In this document: piece by piece, positions 28,867 through 36,639 of the stretch
Layout: each line of letters begins with the position of its first letter
Position numbering within the stretch: position 1 is the first letter of the stretch
Assembly: GCA_965140415.1 (NCBI GenBank)
Contig: OZ223209.1
Location: 256,001-320,000 of the forward strand
From: Myxococcota bacterium
GTDB lineage: Bacteria; Myxococcota_A; SURF-8
Direction: 5' to 3'
DNA: 64,000 bases
Position numbers and translations under genes: made by a program
Notes under the pieces: model-generated
The model's database searches: none
Told to the model about the DNA's origin: nothing
The model's input: the letters and a program-made list of their open reading frames with translations, nothing else

Positions 28867-29967
28867 CTAAGTGGACGATCCGCCGTTAACGACTTTCTCA
28901 ACCTCTTCATCGAAACGCTGGATGACCTTGTCCACCGTGTAATTGTCGTAATAATCCAGCCGCTCGCGGTTGCGCAAGGTGTCCAGATTCAGCGAAGCCT
29001 GCCGCAGCATGTCCACCAGTTCGGTGTTATTGCGATACAGGTGTTGTTTGTGTTTGTCTTTCGGAATGAATTCCGGGTACACCAGCCGATCGGGCAGGAT
29101 CGGGAAACAACCTGCCAGCACCGCTTCGGCTACGGAAATCCCAAAGTATTCCTGCCGTGCACAACTTACGATGACATCGCAACTGCGCACCCAGGCATTA
29201 TATTCGGAGCGATCCTGGACGTAGCCGTAACGAGCGACCCGATCTCCCAGCTTCTCCCGCGAACGATCGAAGATCGGAGGGCGCGACCGGAAACCTTCTC
29301 CCAGTACGACCACTTCAAAATCCACATCGCTGGCTGCCAGCAATTCCAATGCCTCGAAAAACACTTCCGGGGCTTTGTCGTATTCCCAACGATGATTCCA
29401 GAGAATGCGCAGGGCATTCCCTTTGGGAACGACCGGCTCCGCTTCCGGCAGAGGGCGGATCGGTATCGGCATCACGCTGCTTTTTTCTTCGATTTCACCG
29501 GAAACGTGAGTCGGCACGAAATCCGGGAACTGGGAAAGAAACGGATCGATGGCATCCAGGAAAGTGCGTCGATGAAAATCGGAGTTGAACCAGACGGCGT
29601 CACTGACGGCGGCGCTGTTGATATTGATCATGCCGAAGTGCACGTCGGGCTGATCGTGCTCGGAAAGCGGATACACGATTTGGTTTTCGTGAAAATAGGT
29701 GACTTTAGGTAATTGCGCGGCGCGATGACCGGCTAGTGCAACAAACGCGGCGACGTCGATGGCGTTACTGAACAACAGCAGGTCCAGCTTTTCATTGTCT
29801 TTTTTAAACTTGTCGGCAAATAAAAACGGCGCACCGGAAAGCCGCCATTTCCAAAAACGGGGCGGCATCGTTTCGGCGAGAATTTCATGCCGGGAGTTTT
29901 TCTGTAGCGTTTTCACAAAGGATTTATGTGATCCGCCATAATAAGGTTCAAGTGCAAGTATCCGCAA
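28867..29967 (-). CDS. GT-B glycosyltransferase with DUF3524 / QTMAN(GTDC1)-like N-terminal domain
   Basis: LEPYYGGSH, PRFWKWR, YFHENQ, WFNSDFH, WNHRWEYDK, QEYFGISVAEA, RLVYPE. Confidence 0.85.
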   Translation of the reverse strand: MRILALEPYYGGSHKSFVKTLQKNSRHEILAETMPPRFWKWRLSGAPFLFADKFKKDNEKLDLLLFSNAIDVAAFVALAGHRAAQLPKVTYFHENQIVYPLSEHDQPDVHFGMININSAAVSDAVWFNSDFHRRTFLDAIDPFLSQFPDFVPTHVSGEIEEKSSVMPIPIRPLPEAEPVVPKGNALRILWNHRWEYDKAPEVFFEALELLAASDVDFEVVVLGEGFRSRPPIFDRSREKLGDRVARYGYVQDRSEYNAWVRSCDVIVSCARQEYFGISVAEAVLAGCFPILPDRLVYPEFIPKDKHKQHLYRNNTELVDMLRQASLNLDTLRNRERLDYYDNYTVDKVIQRFDEEVEKVVNGGSST

Positions 29968-30021
29968 TTCATTCCCCTTGCGCCAGTCGTGGTAGATGAC
30001 TCTCTGCCGCTATGTGCCCAA

Positions 30022-30228
30022 TCAACTCGCTTTGTCTTTGTGAACGAACAATCTCACCGCACCAGCCGCGACGGGAGCCAGTATCGCGACTGCCATGGAA
30101 CCCCAAACCAGTAACGTCATGCTGATACCCAGCGAACTGGAATTCGGGTTATATCCCAGGCGCAGCGCTCTTACCGCGCGTGGTTTTCTATTCGTGGTGC
30201 TGTTACGGTCCTTTAGAAGTCGCATCAT
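30022..30228 (-). CDS. Small membrane protein with a GYNPNSSS motif
   Basis: 68 aa from MMRLLKD: basic N-terminus, RALRLGYNPNSSSLG, one TM helix, basic tail. Co-oriented within the gene run. Confidence 0.6.
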   Translation of the reverse strand: MMRLLKDRNSTTNRKPRAVRALRLGYNPNSSSLGISMTLLVWGSMAVAILAPVAAGAVRLFVHKDKAS

Positions 30229-30319
30229 TGGTTGCTTTCCGTTCTCTTGTCGAATCAGTATCAATATATAGCCTAAGCCGAATGGCTTGTAAAGGGTCCG
30301 TTGGTTCAAGTTTTGTAAA

Positions 30320-30979
30320 TCATTGCGAATCGGGGGGTGATTTGCGAAGGGCAAGCCGCAATGCATACAGTAAAAACAGCAGTAAAACAAAGGCTGTTAC
30401 GCCATAGGCAATCATGACGTACTGTGTTGCCACCCGAAAAAGCAAAACTTCCGATTCGGGTAGCGACGGAATGGGAGAATCGTCGGAACCGGAGAAGGAA
30501 GGTTTTTGTTCTTGCTGATTCGGATCGCGAGGCCGACCGCAAGTCACCCAAGGGGACTGCTCCCAGTTTTTGTCGATCTCATGCAGCAGTTGCCACAAGG
30601 GCGCTGGAATTTCGCTGCTTAAAGTGGGAGGACTGGCGCTGTAGGCGAAGATTTGCCAGTCGTTTTTCTGGTTTCCGCTCGGGCGATGCGCACGCAAGAG
30701 CAATTGTCGTTCTCCGGAAAGAATGGTGAGCGATAAGCTATGGGCCTGCACGTTGAGGTCAAAGACTTTGAATTCGGTGGTTTTTGTTTGTTGAATTGTC
30801 TGGAATCGTTGCAGAAATTCTTTTTGCACATCGGGAGGAAGACAGTAGCTATTTTCTTCGATCGTTTCAGCCTGAAGCAAACCGGTCATCATTGCAAACC
30901 AACAGGTCACAAGCATCCCCACGCGCCAGGAAAACTGGCGGATACGTTGCGAGGTTTTCTTTGTATCGGCTCCCAACAT
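30320..30979 (-). CDS. Hypothetical exported protein with C-terminal membrane anchor
   Basis: Signal-like N-terminus and C-terminal TM helix; RBS CAGGA; co-oriented with its neighbours. Confidence 0.6.
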   Translation of the reverse strand: MLGADTKKTSQRIRQFSWRVGMLVTCWFAMMTGLLQAETIEENSYCLPPDVQKEFLQRFQTIQQTKTTEFKVFDLNVQAHSLSLTILSGERQLLLRAHRPSGNQKNDWQIFAYSASPPTLSSEIPAPLWQLLHEIDKNWEQSPWVTCGRPRDPNQQEQKPSFSGSDDSPIPSLPESEVLLFRVATQYVMIAYGVTAFVLLLFLLYALRLALRKSPPDSQ

Positions 30980-30990
30980 TCGCGTTCCTG

Positions 30991-32805
30991 CTACTTCAAT
31001 AACGTCGGCAGCGCTTCTTTATCCTGCCGCCAGCTAAGCAATTCTACCGGTCCCATACTCGATACATACTTGCTTTTTACGCGCAGCTCGACAATGCCTT
31101 CTTTTCCGTTCTGTCCGGCTTCGAGATACCAGCTACGTCCCGAATCGAAAGGTCCGCCTTGCAGACCTGATAAGCTTTGCAGTTGAATTTCGCGTTCTTT
31201 CCCAAACGGGCAGATGAATAGCTCATCGTCCGTCAAGATCTTTATCCGTAAGCGCAGACTCTGCCATTCCGTTTTTTCCGGTCTGCATGGACCACTCGTG
31301 TTTAACCTGGGATAGCCGTCCCGTTTTCCATTCCACTTTACCGATACATCCTGCCAACTCGTTTCATTGTCAAATTCACAGAACTGTTGCCTTCCGGTCA
31401 CAACAAAATCGGAAGTGGCGGGGGCTACGATCAAACGGTTCTCGTCGGATAAGCGTGTAACTTTCCAATCCGACGGGGTTTTCAACTTATCCCAATCTTG
31501 AGACGGCTTCATTTCCGTGAAAACGAGCAAAGGCTTTTTAACTTCTGCTGTAACGGATTCCGGTTTCGTTTTCGCAGGTAAAAACAGTTGCAAGCCGCCC
31601 AATAATCCGCGCCATTGCGGCGAACGGATTCGCTGGAACACTTCGGCATAGTCGTCAATTCCCATTTCCGTTAAATCTTCTGCGACTGTTTTGACTTGGG
31701 TAAAGGTGATCGGACGAGGAATGGCAGCCTGTTGATGCTGAAAATAAAGAAAAGCCAATGCAAAAACGGCTGCTAATGCATATTCAATCCAACCTCTGTA
31801 TTTGAAAGCAGGAATTTTCCTTTGCAGCAAATCGTATAGTGCAACCGGAAGCAGGGCAAGAATTGGAAAAACCGGTGACAGATAACGGGTTTCCGCAGGC
31901 TGGTGAAACAGCATGAATCCACCGAAAACACTCGCCAGATAACCGCCGCCAACAACTAATATTATCCACTGAACCTGCTTCCGCTGATTCTTGAAACGCC
32001 GTGATTTCACAACCATTGCAACCAATGCGATCAGGGCAAACATCCAGACGGCAAAAAGCCAGGGTTGCAGCGAAGCGACTCCGGATTTTAAACCGATGTC
32101 CCCCATTAACAGGAGTGCCAAAATCGCATCTTTGGAAAACAGTGGAAACAGCAAGAGAAACAACAACGCGCTTAAAATTGCCGTAACGATTTTTCTATCC
32201 GGTGGGAACTGGTAAAACACCAAAATCAAGAAGGGAATCAGCAACATTGAGACAAGATGAGTTTGCACAAGCAGAGATAGCATCGCGGCACTCGCAAACC
32301 AGAAACCTTGTTGCCGAGTGAGTGTAGCCAATGCCAGTGACAGGAAAAATCCGCTTGAAAGCAGTGGTACCAAAGATGGATTCCAAAGCGTGGCCGCTTC
32401 ATTTGGATTACTGAAAAACAGAATAAATGCAGCCAGTCCCGTCCACAATACAGCCCAACGTCCCCATAGCAGGGAAGCCAGCCCTCCAACCAACACACAG
32501 GCAAACACTTTGCTGATGCTGGTGAGGGTGAATATTCCGAATACCGAAAGTCCAAGCGATTGCCAGAAAGCCAGATGCAACAGGTAAAAGCCGCCCTGGA
32601 AACCGGCAAAAGAGGTGGGCGGGCCAATGAGATGGCATCCTTCAGCACCGATGCATTCGCTCGCCATAAACAGATCCCGTACCGTATCCGAATGCGCCAT
32701 CGGTCCGTCATGCAAACGCCACCAGGACGCAATCGCCAGTAGAATCAACAGCACAAGCCATTGAACGAGCGAAGTCACATCGATTTTGTTGGGAGATTGA
32801 CGCAT
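30991..32805 (-). CDS. Polytopic membrane protein, probable GT-C (ArnT/PMT-like) glycosyltransferase
   Basis: First-loop DTVRD...LIGPPTS...GGFYL, LWNPSLVP, LLVQTH, RYLSPVFP; about 11 TMs plus a C-terminal periplasmic domain. Confidence 0.65.
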   Translation of the reverse strand: MRQSPNKIDVTSLVQWLVLLILLAIASWWRLHDGPMAHSDTVRDLFMASECIGAEGCHLIGPPTSFAGFQGGFYLLHLAFWQSLGLSVFGIFTLTSISKVFACVLVGGLASLLWGRWAVLWTGLAAFILFFSNPNEAATLWNPSLVPLLSSGFFLSLALATLTRQQGFWFASAAMLSLLVQTHLVSMLLIPFLILVFYQFPPDRKIVTAILSALLFLLLFPLFSKDAILALLLMGDIGLKSGVASLQPWLFAVWMFALIALVAMVVKSRRFKNQRKQVQWIILVVGGGYLASVFGGFMLFHQPAETRYLSPVFPILALLPVALYDLLQRKIPAFKYRGWIEYALAAVFALAFLYFQHQQAAIPRPITFTQVKTVAEDLTEMGIDDYAEVFQRIRSPQWRGLLGGLQLFLPAKTKPESVTAEVKKPLLVFTEMKPSQDWDKLKTPSDWKVTRLSDENRLIVAPATSDFVVTGRQQFCEFDNETSWQDVSVKWNGKRDGYPRLNTSGPCRPEKTEWQSLRLRIKILTDDELFICPFGKEREIQLQSLSGLQGGPFDSGRSWYLEAGQNGKEGIVELRVKSKYVSSMGPVELLSWRQDKEALPTLLK

Positions 32806-32898
32806 CTTTCAAACCCGTACTTGGGGTCATGCTCTATCGTGTAGGACAGCTGTTTTGCAACAGTTCTTGATCTACCAATAATATGTATTCCGTCCATT

Positions 32899-32926
32899 AA
32901 AAAAGCGGGGCGTTGCGGCCCCGCTT
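32899..32926 (-). terminator. Rho-independent terminator
   Basis: Minus strand AAGCGGGGC-CGCAAC-GCCCCGCTT followed by a T run. Confidence 0.8.
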
Positions 32927-32944
32927 GAATCATCGGAAAAAGGC

Positions 32945-33748
32945 TTAGCGGTTATTCGGCATCGGCCCGGCATCATGTACGTAGTAGTCAACCTTACCCG
33001 ACCAGGTGTCGGGGATTTCGCTGGAAAGCGTCTGCTGGAAATCTTTTTTGGACTTGGGAGCCAGCGCGCTCATTTCCTGGCGCGGCGACACGTACACCGG
33101 AACCACGATGACGTTGTAGACCTTGTTGCCTTTGCCATCGAAGAAATCGACCATGACCATCACCATTTCGACGGCTTCGTCGCCGACGTTTTCCACTTCG
33201 CCGTGGAAGACAAGCATCGGACCTTCGTCGGTGATCTTGTTTTCTACGCTGAAATTGTTCAGCTTGATCATCTTGCCCCATTTGTCCACGCGGGCTTTGC
33301 GCTCGGCCTGCTTGGCTTCTTCTTCCATGCCCTTGGACACGATCTCCGGCTCGTGGATGTACCAGTTGCCGTTCTGGTATACGAAGTTCAACTTGATCAG
33401 CGCCGATTCCATCGTGTTGTAAGTCGCCCAACTCGACTTGGGCTTGAACTTGGTTTCCACCACGGCATCCAGCTTATGCTTTTCGATCCTGGTGACGTAC
33501 ACCGAGTCGACTTTCGGCAGCACATGCGTAGTAGCGTCTTCGATGTAGGTTTTCTGCGGATAATATTTCCGCGTTTCCTCGGAGAACATCGCATAGGCCT
33601 TGTCCCAGTCCTTGACCTTGACGGTTTGCAGGTACTGGTAGGTCAACGCCTCCAGGGGATCCTTGGTCTTAGGTTTGGAGCCTTCGCTGCACGCAAAAAG
33701 CCCGACCACGAAAAACACGAGGGTCAGAAATAGGATCGATCGCTTCAT
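32945..33748 (-). CDS. Lipoprotein (NTF2-like N-domain, FxLYD-like C-domain)
   Basis: Start MKRSIL with RBS AAGGAG; lipobox LFAC; DWDKAYAMFS; GEVENVG...VDFFDGKG. Confidence 0.75.
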   Translation of the reverse strand: MKRSILFLTLVFFVVGLFACSEGSKPKTKDPLEALTYQYLQTVKVKDWDKAYAMFSEETRKYYPQKTYIEDATTHVLPKVDSVYVTRIEKHKLDAVVETKFKPKSSWATYNTMESALIKLNFVYQNGNWYIHEPEIVSKGMEEEAKQAERKARVDKWGKMIKLNNFSVENKITDEGPMLVFHGEVENVGDEAVEMVMVMVDFFDGKGNKVYNVIVVPVYVSPRQEMSALAPKSKKDFQQTLSSEIPDTWSGKVDYYVHDAGPMPNNR

Positions 33749-33796
33749 GGAATTCCGCTCCTTTACGGTAGCCAATAGGTTCGCAGAGAGTCGGAC

Positions 33797-34090
33797 TTAG
33801 GCCAGATACTTGTCCAGTCCCTTTTTCAGTCCATCCTCGACCTGCTTTTTAAACGGTGCAAGCATCAGTTTCATATCGACGAAAATCGAGACGTACTTGT
33901 CTTCGACGATCGTTTCACCGGAAAATCCCGATCCGGTCAGTTCAACACGTTTACGGTCCGGGCTCCATTTGAAGTCGAAATTGACCATTTTCATTTTATC
34001 GTCGCGCAATAAAACGAGATACTTTTCTACACGATCTTCCAAATCGGAACGGTCCAGGCTATGCTCGCGCTCAATTTTGATCTTCGGCAT
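33797..34090 (-). CDS. Polyhydroxyalkanoic acid system (PHA_gran_rgn-like) family protein
   Basis: MPKIKIEREHSL...W...GSGFSG...LMLAPFKKQVE pattern. Confidence 0.75.
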   Translation of the reverse strand: MPKIKIEREHSLDRSDLEDRVEKYLVLLRDDKMKMVNFDFKWSPDRKRVELTGSGFSGETIVEDKYVSIFVDMKLMLAPFKKQVEDGLKKGLDKYLA

Positions 34091-34206
34091 GATCCATCTC
34101 CACTTCAAAATTCAACAAATTGGAACCAAAGCGTCCCTAATCTAGCGAATCGGTTGCGCCTTGTCAAGCTCGTGATCCCATGAAAAAAACCAGCCGTAAA
34201 GGCGGG

Positions 34207-35133
34207 TTAGCTTCCCATATGCTCGGCGGGGGTCGATTGTTTGTCGGCGCTCGTTTTAAAGCGATCGTGAAACCAGACCCATTGCTCGGGATGTCGCCGA
34301 ATCACGGCTTCCAGCGAGGTCGTCACTTGTTGCCCAAGCAGTTGACACTGCTGCTGTAGATCCGCTTGTGCATCGGGTTGCAACAGGGTGTCCAATACAA
34401 CTTTATGCTGCTTTCCTTCACGCTGTAGCGCACCCACCACAATCGGCGCGTGTTGCCTGACAGCCAGAGCCAAAGCGCCGCTGGGAACTTGCACCGGTTG
34501 CCCGAAAAAGCCGGCCTGCACGCTGCGTCCCCGCGTGTGCTGATCCAGCAGGACGAGCAATATTCCTCCATTATCGAGCACTTGACGAACGTTCGCCATC
34601 AAGTCGGGATCGTCCCGGTCGATCTGTAACAAGCCGTAACCGGCCCGAAACTGCTTGACGAAACGGTCCAGTAACGCATCGTAGCTTTTTCGCACCACTC
34701 CGTGCAGCGGCAGCCCGGCGCGGCATAATGCCGCCGCCAGTAGTTCCCAGTTTCCAATATGCCCGGTAATAAACAGCAACCCGCGTCCGTCGGCCAGTCG
34801 CTCGCGCAACATCTTTAGAACGGCGTCATCCAAATCCACGGAATCCAACTGCTTTTCCGGCTTTCGCAGCAATTCCAGCGCCTCGAACAAGGAACGAGCG
34901 AGGTGGCGCGTCATGCTTCTGACAAGCGCTTTGCGTTGTCTCAAAGACCAATCGGGATAAGCAAGTTGCAGATTTTCCAGCGCCAGGCGACGTTCCTTGC
35001 CCGCAGCGAAGTAAACCAGCGGGGCCAATCCTGCAATCCACAACGCTTTAAACGGCCACAGCAAGCGCGTGTAAGCCCATATCCCCAACAGGCAAACCAG
35101 CCGAATCAGTGCGTTTTTAAGTCGCTGCCACAC
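34207..35133 (-). CDS. Lipid A biosynthesis (LpxL/HtrB-like) acyltransferase
   Basis: NLQLAYPD, TGHIGNWEL, LLDQ, FFG, HPEQWVWFHDRFK. Confidence 0.88.
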   Translation of the reverse strand: MWQRLKNALIRLVCLLGIWAYTRLLWPFKALWIAGLAPLVYFAAGKERRLALENLQLAYPDWSLRQRKALVRSMTRHLARSLFEALELLRKPEKQLDSVDLDDAVLKMLRERLADGRGLLFITGHIGNWELLAAALCRAGLPLHGVVRKSYDALLDRFVKQFRAGYGLLQIDRDDPDLMANVRQVLDNGGILLVLLDQHTRGRSVQAGFFGQPVQVPSGALALAVRQHAPIVVGALQREGKQHKVVLDTLLQPDAQADLQQQCQLLGQQVTTSLEAVIRRHPEQWVWFHDRFKTSADKQSTPAEHMGS

Positions 35134-35140
35134 GAGCCGG

Positions 35141-36250
35141 TCAGATCGTAAACGCCAGGCTCAACGAAAACATGCGGTCGGTTTTATCCACCAAACCCTG
35201 GTTATAGGACAAGTCGAACAAAACTTTCTGGCTGTGATAGCCGATGCCTGCTCCCACATAGTGGTTTTCTTTGATTTGGTCGTATTCGTAACCTGCACGC
35301 AGCGGCACCATTTTCATGATGATGTACTCGATTCCCGCGCGGCAGTCGATTTTGGTACCGTCTTCATAATCGAAACCGAGCACAGTGCTTTTTTGTACCG
35401 GACTGGGGTTTTCGTAGTCGGGAGTAACCACCACATCGCTGTCGTCATCTGATTCTTTGAGCGGACTGGTTTTTTCCTGGTAGACATCGAAAATCACGAG
35501 TTGATCGTAAGTAATGTAGAACTCATCTGTAATCGTATACGCCAGACCGATACCCAATTTCAACGGCCAGAGATTGTAGGCTGCGTGAACCAGATTATAA
35601 CCGACCAATCCGCCTTGCAGGCCGAAATCGGTGCGGAACATGATGCCAACATCCACCGTGGCGGCATTGACGTTATGACGGTCGGGGCGGTCGACGTAGG
35701 CATACTTGACCGTAGTGCCCATCATGAAATACTGGTTGATGGCTCCAGCAATGGAAGAGCGTACGATATGCCGATGAACGGTGGCGTCTTTATACGGACT
35801 GGTCAGGTTTCCCACCGCTTGGATATCCAGGATATCTTCATAGAAATTGGCGTATTCGCGCCGCTCGTCGGCGGAGATCAATTGCAGTTTATCCGGCCAT
35901 AAAGCTTTGGAATCGTAACCGCTATAGGTATAGCCGACTTCCATGCACAGGGCGCTTGTAATCGAATCGAGCAATGCGGCGCTGGCGGCCCAGGATTTTC
36001 CGGTGGGTTCAAACGCGGTATCGATGCCGATAAGGTATTGCTGTCGTTGTGCGATACCTGCCGGGTTGTACAGATAGGCCGGGATACCCTCGGCGATGGC
36101 AAGAAAAGCCCGTCCCATTCCCAAAGGGCGCGCCATGTCGATTTCCGCACGGGTGGAGCTTAATTCTTCTTCCCAGTTTTCATACGCTCCGGCATTGCCG
36201 GGAAGAAGCAACAGGCTGCACAAAACGAGAAGATAAACGAAACGGGTCAT
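35141..36250 (-). CDS. Outer-membrane beta-barrel protein (FadL/PorV-like N-terminal motif)
   Basis: Signal peptide; ARPLGMGRAFLAIA...YNPAGIA; PLRAGY; C-terminal beta-signal FSLSLAFTI. Confidence 0.75.
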   Translation of the reverse strand: MTRFVYLLVLCSLLLLPGNAGAYENWEEELSSTRAEIDMARPLGMGRAFLAIAEGIPAYLYNPAGIAQRQQYLIGIDTAFEPTGKSWAASAALLDSITSALCMEVGYTYSGYDSKALWPDKLQLISADERREYANFYEDILDIQAVGNLTSPYKDATVHRHIVRSSIAGAINQYFMMGTTVKYAYVDRPDRHNVNAATVDVGIMFRTDFGLQGGLVGYNLVHAAYNLWPLKLGIGLAYTITDEFYITYDQLVIFDVYQEKTSPLKESDDDSDVVVTPDYENPSPVQKSTVLGFDYEDGTKIDCRAGIEYIIMKMVPLRAGYEYDQIKENHYVGAGIGYHSQKVLFDLSYNQGLVDKTDRMFSLSLAFTI

Positions 36251-36639
36251 ACCAGGTTCCTTTACTTACAAAAAGGTTGCACTGGCGGGTAGTAAAAGCC
36301 CTGAAAACAGGTAGGTATCAGAGCCTGATTGTTCAGTAATCGCCAGACGCGCAATTCTAGCATATTTTACATTAAATGTAAAAGGTGCATGCTAACAAAG
36401 TGTGCAACCACGTCGACACCACTTTATTACTTTAACCGCTTCTTCTCGATCCGTATTCCGAAAATGGAAATTCGTGAATAATCCGGTGAAAGTTTCGTCT
36501 ATATTTGCAAGTCGGAAACAGGCGACGATTTGGCGTAATCGGTTGATTGTCAACCGATTTCCGTGCTACGATCGGATCGCATTTATTGGAAGCACAGACA
36601 TACGGAGAAAAGCACCATAGCGGTGATTGGAGGGGTACT

